Below, piece after piece: positions 1 to 12,990 of a stretch of DNA of 64,000 nucleotides. Numbering within the stretch: position 1 is the first letter of the stretch; each line of letters opens with the position of its first letter. Both the position numbers and the translations under genes were made by a program. The notes beneath the pieces are model-generated. The model was not told the DNA's origin, did no database searches, and was given only the letters and a program-made list of their open reading frames with translations. This stretch comes from Fimicolochytrium jonesii (Eukaryota): assembly GCF_025526975.1 (NCBI RefSeq), contig NW_026515669.1:1922001-1986000 (forward strand). Reading direction: 5' to 3'.

Positions 1-1940
1 CGGGATTGGCAAGTACGCGAGCTTGTCGGCGATGAGCGGCACGACCTTGGCCAAATCGGCAAGGAGCTCGGGCTTAAAGGCGGGTTTGCCGCGCTCGTCA
101 AGGAACAAGTCGTTGATCAACTGCGAGGTGTCGGACTGCAAGCGGGCAGTAGCCTTGTTGGCGGCCAAAGCAGCGGCAAAGGCTCCGGCCTCGTACGAGA
201 TGTTTTGCGTGTGGTCACCGTACTTTTCCAACGCACGACGTCCGCGCTCGACCAACTCCGAGGCGTCCTTCTCGAAGGAAGACTTCTCGGTGTAGCCAGG
301 CTGGCGGAGGGTCTTCTTCAAGTAGGTAGAAAGGTCGTGCCAGAAGGTGGTCAACTCTTTGTCGTCGCGAGCCTCGGAGGCAAAGTCGCGGATGACCTCG
401 ATGAGAGGGTCGAGGGACTTTCCGTTGGCAATGTTCTCGATCAGCTGTTTCGCGTTGGAGATGGCGATGCGAGAGTCCTTGGAGGCCTGGATCTCGTCGG
501 GGTTGGTGGGTGCTTGGGCTGTCTTCTCCACAGCCGTCTTTGTCAGGTCCTTAGCCTGGTACGCAAGGGGGGCAAGCAAGTCAATAAGGTCGTCGATGCC
601 CTGCTGGAACTCGGGCTTTGATTGAAGCGTCTTTGCGACCGACTTGAGGCGGCGAACGATATCATCACGCTTGTCATCGGGCAAGTTGATAAGCTTGCGC
701 GCGACACGCTCGCCCGTCTGGCGGACTTGCGAGGAAGGGTCACGGAGTTGAGAGCTGGCCTGGTTGGCGTAGTCCTTTGCCTGCGAGATGACGCCGTGAG
801 CTTGCGCCTGGGCTTGCTGCTTGTAATCCCCAGTGGTCTTCTCGCCGGTGTACAACTGAGCTCCCTCACTGCGGATAGCGTTGGAAGCCTGGTTCACTTT
901 GTCTTCGGGTAAGCGAGACTCGGCCTGGTCTGCCACGACATCGACAATGTTCTTGGCGGTGTCACGCAACGTGGCGCCGGATGCGAGGGAGTCTCCCGCC
1001 GTCTGGTACGTCTGCCTTCCAGCCTCCTGAGCCTCCTGCCCAGCCTGCTGGGCCTGACCTTGGACCTGCGCCTGGGTCCCCTGAACGGTTTGCTTTTGCT
1101 CCTGAACCTTCTGTTCGGCTTGTTGGCGGACGTCCTGGGCGGCACCTTGAAGGCTGCTGTGGGCTCCAACCTTGTCCCTGGCCTGGGCAGCGGCGTTACG
1201 GACAGACTCGGGTGCATTCGGGTCGCTGGCAAGGTCATCGCTTGCTTCCAAGACGTTAGAGCGGACGATGTCTTGTGCGATTGAGGAAATGTCGGTGAGG
1301 AGGGTGCGGAATTCGGGAGAAGTAATGATGATTTTTGCGAGGTTGGCGGAGGTGGCACCGGCTTGAACCAGACGGTCAGCAGCTTCGTTGGCCTCTGTAG
1401 GGTTCAAGAGAGTTCGTCGCTGGGCAGACACTGTGGTTGAAGAAACGGAGAAGGAAAGGTCAGATCAAATGCATGGGGTGTTTGAAGCGGTTTTGACGCC
1501 GTGGCAAAATGGAGCTTGCTTAGGGCGACAAAGCATCACAAAGAACTTACGATTTCCGTAGTAGACCACATTCTGCAATTCGTTGTGAGCGTTAACCTGC
1601 TTAAGAACCGTTTGCGTCGACTCCAAAATACGCTCAGCGTCGACAGCAATCTGTGGGAAAACGATTCAAGGAACGCGTGGGGAAAATGAGGTCAGGGAAC
1701 TGCGCAGGGAAACGAGTGCAACCTGAACGCGTGGGGGAGGCAGCAGAAAGATGGAGATTTCCAACTTACCCTCTTTCCCGATGGGCTCAAGTTCTCAGCG
1801 TTCTGATGCAGAGCGTTGGAAGTCTGAGCGTCGTGGAGACCGCCTACGATCTGGTTGGTCGTTGGGAGCCTGCCCTCCTGAAGCGCGCTAGTGACCTCAC
1901 GGGCCTTCTCGATACGTTCGCGTTCAACGTCGACGGGCAT
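1..1940 (-). CDS. HAM1-like/DUF4449-type fungal protein with LEA-like repeats (5' part; runs off the left edge)
   Basis: Exons 1940-1770, 1650-1551 and 1430-<1 with GTAAG donors and CAG acceptors. They splice in frame to MPVDVER...GRLPTTNQI...LSPSGKRIAVDAERILE...AKIIITSPEFRTLLTDI, followed by A/Q/K-rich repeats. Family assigned from remembered motif similarity. Confidence 0.6.
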
Positions 1941-3732
1941 GATTGTAGATGTATAGTACAGTAGTCGTAGTGGTTTAGATAATGAGTAGATGGAGCTTGG
2001 GAGCTATATATGAAGTTGCGACGAAGAAAGGTCGAGTCGTGGGATAGTTGGTGTGTTTGTGTTGCGAGATGAGGGAATTGGTGGAAAGACAGAGGCGCGT
2101 CGTGCTGGCCCGTAGTTTCTTATATACCGCGCCTGCAAGGAACTATGACGCTGCGGAAGGTGTAATCCTTGGCGAATCTGGCTACAGCTCTGATGATGAT
2201 GAGAATCGGATTGAGCAGCTCCTGAACTCGTGCGTGGTGGCGGGACAGAGAAGGAAGGCGCAAGTTCGAGGAAGAAAGGGACTCCGCGCGACAAAAAAGG
2301 GACAGATGACGTTGTGGCGATCCCCGTGCGAAAGAACACCCGCCTCCCTTTCACCCACACACCGTCAATCGCCCCATACAAAAAGCATATTCAGCCTCAC
2401 CCAGCCCAGCAGGACAGCCTGCGAACGAGGTTTACCGTCGATAACGGCTGTCATCAGACCCAAGGCAGAGAGCCCAGACCAAAAGAAGTGAATTAGTGAA
2501 GGTGACGCAATTCTGGTGAGGCTTTCGACATCCAGAGCGACAGAGGCAGATCGCCGGGCACAAAACGCTCGGCGGAACGTCCCATTTCCATACTATATAT
2601 ATATGGTCTGGACTCGCAGATGGACGCTCGATCTTCAAATTCATGAACCCGGGGGAGCCGATCTCTGCCTTCCCATCAGCGATCTCTTCAAAGAGCTAAT
2701 CGTCCATCGGCGATATACAGTAGGTGGCCAAAAGTCCGGCGACGGGTTCGCCAAGCCTTCGTGTGCAACCCAAAAGTCAACGACCAGGTGCCGTCAATTT
2801 GCGTACTTCTTCAGATGGGCAGGCAGGCCGGCGACTTCTGCTGGTGGCTATGCTGGGGATGATGTGTCCTTGTCGCGTCGTACCCGGACTTTTGGCCACC
2901 TACTGTAGCAGATGCCAGGGGACCCTCATCATTTCCCAACTCACACAAGCCTCATGTCTTGCCGACGACGGATGCAAAAAACGGGCCATGGTTGTGAACG
3001 TGGGGGAGGCAAACTCGTCGTCATTCCCGTTTGGTGGCGATGCTTTTCGGCATCTGCTGTGTGCGCAGCCTATTCGCGTGACATCATCTATCAGCAATTA
3101 CGCGCACGTGAACTGTCTGACAGCATCTCACCGAGACCTGTCAGTTCGGTGGAAAACATTCGACAGTTTTGCATTCCGGTTTCCCCTCGTCTTCAGCCCA
3201 CCGTGCCGATAGAATGAAAGGAAAGCAATCAAGCGATTCTGCAGCCACAATTGAAGAGTCTCTATGTTTCTGCATGCGTTGGGAGCCAGAGCGTCAGCGG
3301 TCAGCTAACAGTATGAAACCCTTCCTTTGTGGAAGTGTGGATTTTTGCGGCGGCTCATCTTATGGCGATTGTGGAAAAGGGTGGGGGCTGCGAGGGTAAA
3401 GACCTCGGCGCCGCAGGTACTACCAAATGTTCAAAGCAGGCAAACTGGACGAGCTTGTGGGACGTCTGAGAGGTGCGTCAAGGTGTATCATTGAGATGAT
3501 AGCTGTGTCTCCTGAGGAAGGATGTGAGGCGTGGTATGGAGGGATGTACGGATGTATGGATGTGCAGTTAGGCCTTATTCGAATTGTGGAGAGATCGAAA
3601 TACACCTCCATATGTGACAGACCACTCCCCTGGCACACCGTCTCCAGTTTCTATATGTCTTACATAATCTATGTCACAACAAAGTTCGTCCCTGCTACGT
3701 GATTCCAATCACGACACCTGAAGGCAGTAACC

Positions 3733-5424
3733 TTAAACCGCCGGCTCTCCTTCCCCACCCTCCACCCGCACCTTCCTCGCCTCCCTACAAAACTTATAAT
3801 GCTGAAACAACGCCCTGCTCTCAATAAAGCCCCTCACCTTCCCACTCCCTTTCCCATTCCCATCCGCGACACATAAAGGACACTGCATGTTCAATCCCAC
3901 AGCGGGTTTAAGCGTCTCGAGATGGAGCTGCATCCCCCAGGAACGCCGCACGACCGCTTGACCGCAGATGGGGCAGGGTGTGTAGTCGTAGTCTGCTGCG
4001 GGGGTTGTATCGATCGTATCTGCCGTTACCGCATCATCAGCAGGGGGATGCGGCAACATCTGTGAAGGCCGCGGATTCGGTTCCAAGTTCCCCACCTGCA
4101 CAGGCAACTCCTCCCTCCCAACCGTCGTATGTCTATTCACCCAATGCTGCCGTCTCGCATCCCCCGTCGCAAACAGCCTCTCGCACCCATCCTTCTCACA
4201 CTTATATTTCTTCGCCGCGTCTTTATCGGGTGACCAGTCCGCGCCGAATTTCTGGAGGGTGTGCACCATGTGGACGTGTTGGGTGTATCCGCGGGCTGTG
4301 TCGAGTTGTTTGAGGCAGTGTGGGCAGGTTAGGGAGGCGGGGATGAGGGCGAGGCGGCGTTGTTTGGCGGTGTGGCGGGAGGTGGGGGTTGTGGAGGCGG
4401 GGCTGCTGGGGGTTATGTCGAGGGTGGGTTTTGGGGGTTTGGGATGGGGACCGGTGGTCGTTCCGTTCGTTTGTGATGTCTCGGTGGGAGCTTCCAAACC
4501 GTCGTCTAGGCCAGGGACCAAGAGAGCATCCACGGAAGTCTCCTCCATCCCCTTCCACACGACCTTCCCCTCTCCCCATCCAAACCTGAACAACCGACTC
4601 TTCATCTCGCTATGGTGGTTCCGCCTCGTCAAGCCGTTCTTAAAACTCCCGCCGTGCTTGTTCCGCTTAACCACGTATCCCGGCCATAACCGCTCATCAA
4701 ACATCGCTACCTGGTTCAACCGCAATTCCGACCGAGCCGCCTGTGCCACGACATCCCAGCGCGTCTCCTGACCATCGACCAGCGACACACATACGGATGC
4801 AAGAGGATGTCTACGCAGCACGGACGCGACGGAATCGAAGAAATGCGCCATAAGGAACCGATGGAGCCGGAAATCCTCCGTTCCTAGATGCGGGTGATTC
4901 CAGATCACGCAATCGAATCCCTCTGCTTCCGCGAGCTGGTTCTCAAAGGCTTTGCTCAACTCCCAGGCGTTGACACCGTGGCGGACTTCGACCCCGCATA
5001 CGTTCCGGAGCCAGTCGCCTTGCAGTGATTCGAGGATTTCGCGGCTTTCGGGGTATTTGCCGAGGAGCTCTGTACGGTCGTCGAAGGAGGTTGAGGTGAT
5101 TAGGATGCGACGGCGGGGTTGTGGGGTTGTTGCTGCGGTGGAGGAAGGTAGGAGGCCGAGTAGGGCGAGAGGGATGCGGTTGTAAGGGAGGGAATGCACA
5201 TCCGAGTGAGGTTTCGAGTGCGAGTGGGATATGGCGCTGTGAGCGACCGGTTTGGGAAACAGCAGGCGGCATAAGGCGAGGGAGAAGGAGAAGTTGCCGT
5301 CTCCTAGAATGAGGACTCGGAAAGGCCGGTCGACGTCGGAGTGGAGGTCGGAGTGGAGGTCGGAGTCGAGGGTTGCCCCGCTGGGAGGCGGGACCACCGG
5401 CGGTTGTAAGTCGCTGACGTTCAT
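3733..5424 (-). CDS. DUF2431 (BMT5-like rRNA uridine-N3 methyltransferase domain) protein with C-terminal C2H2-type zinc fingers
   Basis: Intronless ORF. Motifs RVLILGDGNFSFSLAL, STSFD, HGVNA, FDCVIWNHPHLG and LMAHFFDS, then CPHC..HVHMVH, CEKDGC..HWVNRH, CPIC and CPLC. Likely start is M95 of the track ORF (5424). Confidence 0.8.
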   Translation of the reverse strand: MNVSDLQPPVVPPPSGATLDSDLHSDLHSDVDRPFRVLILGDGNFSFSLALCRLLFPKPVAHSAISHSHSKPHSDVHSLPYNRIPLALLGLLPSSTAATTPQPRRRILITSTSFDDRTELLGKYPESREILESLQGDWLRNVCGVEVRHGVNAWELSKAFENQLAEAEGFDCVIWNHPHLGTEDFRLHRFLMAHFFDSVASVLRRHPLASVCVSLVDGQETRWDVVAQAARSELRLNQVAMFDERLWPGYVVKRNKHGGSFKNGLTRRNHHSEMKSRLFRFGWGEGKVVWKGMEETSVDALLVPGLDDGLEAPTETSQTNGTTTGPHPKPPKPTLDITPSSPASTTPTSRHTAKQRRLALIPASLTCPHCLKQLDTARGYTQHVHMVHTLQKFGADWSPDKDAAKKYKCEKDGCERLFATGDARRQHWVNRHTTVGREELPVQVGNLEPNPRPSQMLPHPPADDAVTADTIDTTPAADYDYTPCPICGQAVVRRSWGMQLHLETLKPAVGLNMQCPLCVADGNGKGSGKVRGFIESRALFQHYKFCREARKVRVEGGEGEPAV

Positions 5425-6009
5425 TCTTTCGGTCGGCGTGAAAGCTTCGAGTAAAGTGAGCGAGGAGTAGCAACTCGTCTTTCCCATAATTCCCTGTAAG
5501 CCCGAACGTGGGCGGAAAGAGCGAAAGATGGTGCAGAAAAGCAGCGTCACTTTAACTTGCTCGGAATCACGTGAGCACCGACCACCAATTCGCACCCAAG
5601 CGTTTCCAACTTTCCATCGTCCTTTGGGACTTGCACCACGCAACCAGGCTGAGCGGACATCGGGATCAACCACCAGTATCGGCCTGCTCATAACAACCGC
5701 ACTCAACTGAATCTGAAACAGTCATTCGCCTCCGCAACCTCAAATCCGCTTTTCAAAGTTTCGAGAAACCTGTGAGAACGAACTACGCTTACTCACTACG
5801 GAACACCCTTTTCGAACGAGCCTGCAGTTCCGCTGCAAAAAGGGGCATAGATCGCTAGAAGGTTGTGAAGCACCATAGAGCCATCACTTGAGCGAGCTAT
5901 CGTCAACAACGCACCAGCCGGACTTGCGAGCAATTTTCTGCCGCCTCCAGTCTCCCCACCTCCGTTAGCAAAACGACAATCCCCTCGCTCTCTTACTCTA
6001 TTTGGAAAA

Positions 6010-6450
6010 ATGTCCAAAGCACCAACAACAGCCCACCGCCTCCGTCTCCTCGTCGGCGCCGGCAAAGCAGCCCCCACACCTCCCGTAGGTCCCGCCCTCG
6101 GTCAGCGCGGTGTCAAATCCATGGACTTTTGCAAAGCTTTCAACGACCGAACAAAGCACTACGTTCCCGGCGTGCCCATCTCCGTCAAAATGATCATTGA
6201 GCCCAACAGGACCTTCACATTCGAGACGCGCAACCCGCCCACATCCTGGTTGCTGCTGCAGGCGGCCGGGATAGAGAAAGGGAGCGCACGGCCGGGCGAT
6301 GTGATTGTTGGGACGGTGTCGGTCAAGCATGTTTATGAGATTGCAAAGATTAAGGCACAGGATTCGACGTTCAGGGGTGTGCCGCTGGAGAAGGTTGCGA
6401 GCAGGGTGATAGGGACGGCAAGAGGGATGGGGATCAATGTTGTGAATTGA
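6010..6450 (+). CDS. MRPL19: Mitochondrial ribosomal protein uL11m
   Basis: AGKAAPTPPVGPALGQRGVKSMDFCKAFNDRT...GTVSVKHVYEIAKIK...GTARGMGINV is the L11 signature. Confidence 0.95.
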   Translation: MSKAPTTAHRLRLLVGAGKAAPTPPVGPALGQRGVKSMDFCKAFNDRTKHYVPGVPISVKMIIEPNRTFTFETRNPPTSWLLLQAAGIEKGSARPGDVIVGTVSVKHVYEIAKIKAQDSTFRGVPLEKVASRVIGTARGMGINVVN

Positions 6451-7077
6451 TGATGGGACGCGAGATGGGGGCGACAGTCAGACGGGATGGAGAGGGAGAG
6501 GGAGAGAGTGCTGTGCGGGGAGCGGGGATCCATGGATTTGTCTTGTCGGAACACCCAGTGCGGGCTATCCGGAGGAAATCTATCTGGCATACTCATTCGA
6601 TGACCCTCAGCAAAACCCAGATAGAGATGGACTGGGGAAGTCTGCGAGGATTGGGCTTACTGGGTCTAAACGACAACTCCTGGATGGGGGGAAGACCATA
6701 CATGTATTTAACGTTTGCATACACATACCATATAGCTTCCTTTTGCGGAGAACACTTTGCTAGAAGTGTGTGAAGACCTTGGGGCTTCAGGGGCTTTATC
6801 CCCGTGGAGCGCGTCTGCAAGACAGCCAACAGACGGCTGCGCGCAGTGGCCAAGGAATTGGGAACATCGGATAACCGGATGAACAGTTCACAACCTCCTT
6901 CCCCACGAAGCACTGCTGGCACACATTCCCACGAGCCAACGCCGCAGACTCATAGGAGAGTGCTGTAGTAGTAGCAGAGAAAGGGTCTGCAGCTGCCGTG
7001 TTATTCCAAAAGTCGGTGCTTTCATACGCCTCAGCGCGATATAAAAAGCGGAGAGCGGTACCTCCAGGATCAAAGTC

Positions 7078-9340
7078 ATGGACCAGAAACTTAGTGCCGG
7101 CCGCGAAATGATCATCACAGACTATCAGGAGGGAGAGAGGGAGGACAGCATGGCCGTCGCAACACGGTCTCCGCCCGACAACACAGTTGCAAGTTCGAGC
7201 GGACAAACAAGCGATGCACGAGCGAACCTGTCGCGCGTTTTCAATGCGACCGTAAGTGCTCGTCATATGCCACGATATAGGAGTATGCTTCACAACAGGT
7301 CACTAACAAGCCGATGTATCACAGCGCTTTCTCGTGGGAGTCTCCTCCGCTGCAACGAAGGTGGGCTTCGAAGCGGCCAAGTTCTTCACAAAGACCGGTT
7401 TAGACGTTGCAAGAGGTGTGGTTTCCGAAGTGGGCCGGACAACAGGTCTCGAGGCCGCCGGCGTGACACCTCTCGCCAATGGCGTCATCTCCGTTGCCGA
7501 GTTTTTCGCAATCAGCGGCATCGAGATTGGCCAGTACTGGACAAAGTTCGGCATCTCAACGGCCGACAGGAGCGTCAAGACGCTTGACAACATGTTTGGA
7601 TCTGGGGACGTCGCCGTTGCGGTTCGGAAATTCATCCAGCTTGTGCAGAGGGAGTTGAAATCGTCGAGTGGAGATGATTCCGCTCTCGCTGATATTGGGA
7701 CGGTGGATGCGTTTAGGGCGTTGATGGCTTGGATTTCCTTACAGCGCGCTACAAGCGTGCATTGGTGGGAAGAAGGGAAAAGCACTGGGAGACGGCTGAA
7801 GTTTGTCAAGTCCAAGCAAGAGGATCTCGACCGGGCAGCGGCAGCTGAAACGGAAGAAGTGGATTGGGCGAAGATCGCTGGGGGCGCAACGGCCGAGCCG
7901 GGTGATCTGATCAGAGGAAGCATCGGTGAGCCAGGAATGGCAGCGGAGAAGCGGGAAGCGTCTCCCGATAGATCGAACCCGTCTGGATCTGCCTCTGCTT
8001 CTGCATCGGACTGGAGCGCGCTTGGCAACTTTGCGGCTGCAGGATCAGCCGCCATTGTCAAGAGCGATAGCAAACGCCTGTCCGGTAGCAGCGACCGTCA
8101 AACCTCCCCGAACCGTGACAGAACCGTGATTGCCGATACGCAACTCCTTCACGATCTCCAACGCTACGCCAAATTCAGCACTGGAATGTACGGCCGTTAC
8201 CACATCGGCGCCCTCAACGGCGAAATCACCGTTCCGCTGCCCAACTTCCCACCACTCCCATTCGTTTCCAACAATATTGACCCACGACAAACAACCGGTA
8301 CTGAGGACGATCGGTTTTTCTCGAAACATGCCGACACACCACTCGAATCATTATATCACTCCAGCGGAGTCGGCTCGGACGATAGCGGATGGAAGTTTGC
8401 ATTCTCGAATGACAGCAATGCCGCACTATATAGCCCGACCGTCTACGTGATCGCGGACCACCCACACAAGCAGGTGATCTTGGCATTCAGAGGTACCAGT
8501 TCCTTCGAAGACGTGATGGTTGATCTCAGCTGCGAGTACGAAGAGTTTGATTGGGGCAGCGGCCACGAAATCGACGGGCCCAGCCATGCTCGCAAATCCT
8601 CGACGTACCAACAACAACCCGAAAAAGTACATTCAGGCATGATGGCCGCCGCTCGTGAAATCGCATCCCACGCCCACAAATCTGGCATCTTCAAAGCCGT
8701 CTCCTCGCTCCTCTCCCAAAACCCATCCTACGGTCTCCTCCTCACCGGCCACTCCCTCGGTGCCGGCCTTGCCACCTGCCTCACTTTCCTCTGGACAGAC
8801 CCAAGCACCTACTCCACCTCCGCCGCGTCCGGTCTACCCGCCGGCCGCGCCATTCGCTGCTTTGCGTACGCGGCACCGTGTGTCGCATCACCCATTCTCA
8901 GCGTGAACGCAAAACCGGTCGTAACATCAATCGCACTTGGCGCCGACCTCGTACCCCGGCTTTCCCTCGGCTCCGTACAAGACCTGGCGCGTATCGTGCG
9001 CTGGATCCATAAACGACCGGAAGTCAGGGACCGTACCGCGACGGACTCGGAAGCCGATATTGCGCTGAGGGCTAAGATCGAGGAGGAGTGTCTCGTGCAG
9101 GAGAAGCTGTACCCCGCTGGTCGGATTATCTGGGTGTTTGATACCAAGCCGTCAACACAGGGAGACGATACCGCTGACGCCGAAAATGCGCAATCTGTAG
9201 CTACTGCGTTTGAGATTGAGGTGTCGCCGGAGGGACATCCGCATATCCCAGCGCCGTTCAACCAGATCGTGTTTACAAGCCGGTTGGGGTCTGATCATTT
9301 GCCTCATATCTACCCTGCTATTTTGCAGAGGCTCACATAA
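7078..9340 (+). CDS. Class 3 lipase (diacylglycerol-lipase-like)
   Basis: Exon 1 is 7078-7251 and a phase-0 intron spans 7252-7324. Motifs ILAFRGTSS..D, VHSGM, LTGHSLGAG (GxSxG), CFAYAAP, DLVPRLSLG, LYPAG and DHLP. Confidence 0.88.
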
Positions 9341-9867
9341 TAGTTCAGCGGGGTCGTTCAGTGTAGTCCATAGTTTTTGTTTTCGTTGGCACCCACACTT
9401 ACCGTAACACTTCGATTTGAGCAATGTGCATTTTTGACTTTGTCGTTTCCCGTAGACCCCCGTATATACACCGCGATACTTGCGATTTTGATATCATAAT
9501 AGACGGTTGCTTCTTTCCTCTGCATCATAATTATTGCTTTCCACGACTTTCACTGTTTGCCTGTTCACCGGAGTGTCGAAGGTTTGGTTGGTGGAGCGAG
9601 GTTTTGCGGGTTGCGTTTTTGTGTCCCGTTCTGCGTACGTAAGTTGGCGTAGGATTTTCTCACGGACATCCTGGTTGCAATGTCAGCCACTGCGATAATG
9701 AGCAGCAATTGTCCAGCGCACACCACTCACTGCACCCAACGGCGACATTTTAGTTATTGCCGCCAAACTCGATACCTCGGTGGCATATTCCTTACAGAGC
9801 GCCGTACTTTCAGACGGCAAAGCCCACCGCCCAGTGCTAGTCGTTCCACAGCCCAATAGTCGCAGCG

Positions 9868-10976
9868 ATGGCCCGCAAACCCACCAAGGCCAAACGGCAA
9901 CCCATCACCACCCTCCTCCCCCGCCCCGCCCCCAGCATCACCAAACCCACCGCCTCCTCCTCCACCACAACCCGCCTCCGCTCCTCCCAAAAGCTCATTT
10001 CCACCTACCACACCCTCAACAAAAAGCTCTCAACACTCGTCAAACAGCACGACGAGCCCGCCGCCGCCGCCGTGCGTAGGGAGATGGAAGCAATGGGTGG
10101 ACTGCATGCGTATCAGAGGGCGAGTTTGGCGGGGAATGAGAAGAAGGGGATTGTGGCGAGTGAGAAATGGGTGTTGCCGTTTTTGAGGAAGGAGCGGACG
10201 AGGGTCCATGGTATTGCTCAGGCGGTGGAAGGAGAGGTTGATAAGGACGCGGACGATGCAACAGTGACGACGGGGACGAAAGCAAAAGAACCGACAACAA
10301 AACTGAAGATGTTGGACGTTGGAGCGGTGAACGGGCAAACGTATGCGAAACAGGCGTCGTGGATCGACGTGTCCAGGATCGATTTGAACCCGCAGGAGCC
10401 TGGGATTGAGAAGCAGGATTTCTTTGAGCGGTCGTTGCCGAAATCGGATGCGGAGCGGTTTCATGTGCTGTGTTTGAGTTTGGTGGTGAATTTTGTGGGG
10501 GATCCGAAGGCGAGAGGTATGTTATATGCTGCGTTGTTTGCATGGCATGCCACCTCCTATCATGCTGGGCGATGTGCTTGGTGTGCAACTAGTCGACCCA
10601 CCATTTTGCGTTCATCTTTCTAACGCCACTCATCCCCACCAACTGAATCTACATCCTACCCACAGGCGATATGCTCCTCAAAACCCTCCACTACCTCCTC
10701 CCCCACGGCCTCCTCTTCCTCGCCCTCCCTCTCCCCTGCCTCACCAACTCGCGCTACATGACCCATGAACACTTCACCGCCATCCTCACATCCATGGGCT
10801 ACGAGCTCGTCGACCATCATCATGCGCGCAAGCTTGCGTTCTACGTGTTTCGGAAAAGCGGGAATGGGAAGAAGGGCAAGGGAGGGAAGAAGATTGTGGA
10901 GTGGCCGAAGAGGGAGATGAGACCGGGTGGGAAACGGAATAACTTTTGTGTGGTTGTTAGGAGGGGTGGGGAGTGA
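9868..10976 (+). CDS. BMT2: 25S rRNA (adenine-N1) methyltransferase Bmt2
   Basis: Motifs ISTYHTLNK, MGGLHAYQRAS, LDVGA, IDLNPQ..IEKQDF and LSLVVNFV. An intron at 10517-10665 joins to LFLALPLPCLTNSRY...RNNFCVV. Confidence 0.92.
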
Positions 10977-11399
10977 GGATTGCCGAACGGGGGTTACGAT
11001 CCACCTTGGACGAATCAAGATGCTGTGATCAGTGTTTTGGCGCTGTACCGAATTGACACGGAACAGGCGCTTCCGACAAAGCCCACGCAACGGCTTGACA
11101 GATCGGATACTGGCGGGTCCCGTGTGCCAATTCCGGCTCGCCTGTGTCTAAGATGACGTTCCATCGATCACGCCCTGCATGTAGCATCCTCCCTCGGGAT
11201 GTGAGACCTTTTTGTCGACGGCAGCATGCTCACCGGCGATTCTCGCCTCGTCCACAAACAACCCCCTCGACTCCGTTCTCGGCGGCACTAGCGAACAACA
11301 TCTCCCACCAATCTTCCCGAAGTGGAATGTTGATGGCCCACCTTCAGTCTGCACAGAGCACGAAGTTCTCAAGAGTTCATGTAGACTCTAACAAGTCAA

Positions 11400-12682
11400 A
11401 CCACCTGCCCGCATTCGGTACAGATGCTCTCACCCCGATCCAACGGTGAAGTCGCTTTTTCAAAGCATGCAAGACAGCATTCCTAGGAGCATATGCTCTT
11501 CCGCAGGCCTGTGTACGACTTTCGACTCTGACTTTGCATGATAGTTCAACTCATACTTCGAGAAGAGCGTTGCATGTACAGCAATGAGGATGAGGAGGGC
11601 GAATGCAGCATCACAGGGCCAGCTGCCCGTGTCATTCGAGCGTCTCCGCCTGGAAGGCAGTCGGGGAAGAAGGATGCGCTTGGTGCCGAATGGGAACTTC
11701 ATCCCTGTTGCCAATGGGATGATGAGGTTCGAATACAATGTCACAGCTCAGTGAGCTACCCGAACTATAATTGCTATTCCACAATAATCGTAGGTGTACT
11801 CATGATAGGTAGCGTGAATAGCAAACACGGGTAGCTAGCTCAATACAGAGCATCACACCTCCACTCTCGCGGAACATCATCTGGCCGGTAGAACAACACG
11901 AAGCCCAGGGTGTGATGTAAATATACCTGAAGCCAACACCACCATCATCGCTGCAACTGCTGCTGGTGGTGGTGGTGGTGCTGGTGGTGGTGGTGCTGGT
12001 GCTCTCCTTCTCGTTGGTGTCCAACTTCATTCGCCTGCAGTCTCTACAAGAATGTTTGGACATTTCGTCAGAACGAGCACATCCTCTCAACATGGTATGA
12101 AGCAGACACAACCACATGCGATTTCGTTCACATACCGGCTGGACTTCATCAAGATGCGTTCCCGTTGAGTGCTGGGATCGGAACCGACGCCATCAGCAAA
12201 GTTCTTGCACGCTCTCGTGTATCCTTGGTCGGTGTGGATTGCGACGTCTCGCGATCGATACTTGAATTCGCACGAGCGCCGATTGACAAGCTTCGTGAAT
12301 CGCAAAGGGGAGACCAGCCAACACCGGAGACGAGGCGGTAAACAGGTCCGCAGCCCGCGGTGAAGGTCGTCCCCTTGAGCTCGACCTATCATCTCCCCTG
12401 GAGACGCTGGGTCGATGGTAGAAAGGCGAATTGCCGGACTTGAGCGGCCGTGGTGGTGAGGAGGAGGGAGCTATCTGGCACAGATTGATGACAGAGTTAG
12501 CACCTTGTAGCCCTTCATGCCGCATAAACACACCATCGACTTACGGTTTCATTCCCGACCTGGTGAGGGGGCATCAATTGGTGAGAGAGTACATTGGATT
12601 GATGAGGTGCATTGGATGGTTGCGCGGATTGAACGAGTTCTTGGAAGTTCAGGGTCGCATCATTCCTCTCCCTCTGCGCCAT
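11400..12682 (-). other. Possible degenerate or hypothetical spliced gene
   Basis: ATG at 12682 (MAQRERND...) with a GTAAGT donor near 12545, followed by short broken ORFs. No recognisable domain. Confidence 0.2.
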
Positions 12683-12713
12683 TGCAGTCCTAGGGAGAGA
12701 ATTAGGGTTGCAA

Positions 12714-12812
12714 TCTCTCACGTCACCCTCGCGAGATCTCTCGCGTCATCTCTCGTTATCTCGCGGTCACCCTCGCGTCATCTCTCGCGCCACCCCGTCA
12801 AACCGCGAGAAG
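12714..12812. repeat. Cluster of short degenerate CTCGCG/CGTCA repeats
   Basis: GTCACCCTCGCG occurs twice and CTCGCGTCATCTCTCG twice within ~100 bp. Confidence 0.7.
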
Positions 12813-12990
12813 GTTGGCGCGGATGAACTCTTGGCGAATGTTGACGAGGAGGTGGGTGAGCTAGGCGTTCGCGAGCTCGAGTCCCGGAGAGTAACGCGTC
12901 TCCGCCATTTGAAAGAGAGGTCGGAGAGAGCGGGGCGCATGAACGAGATATGCCCGATCCAGATCCAACCCCGAACCTCTCAACTCACCT

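Noticed and set aside
5425..5706. 94-aa N-terminal extension of the DUF2431 ORF
   Set aside because: It starts at a non-ATG codon in the divergent promoter region and does not look protein-like.
12087..12392. IHTDQG in a minus-strand ORF resembling a retroviral-type integrase motif
   Set aside because: No other DDE-core motifs, and no RT, gag or LTR nearby; likely chance.
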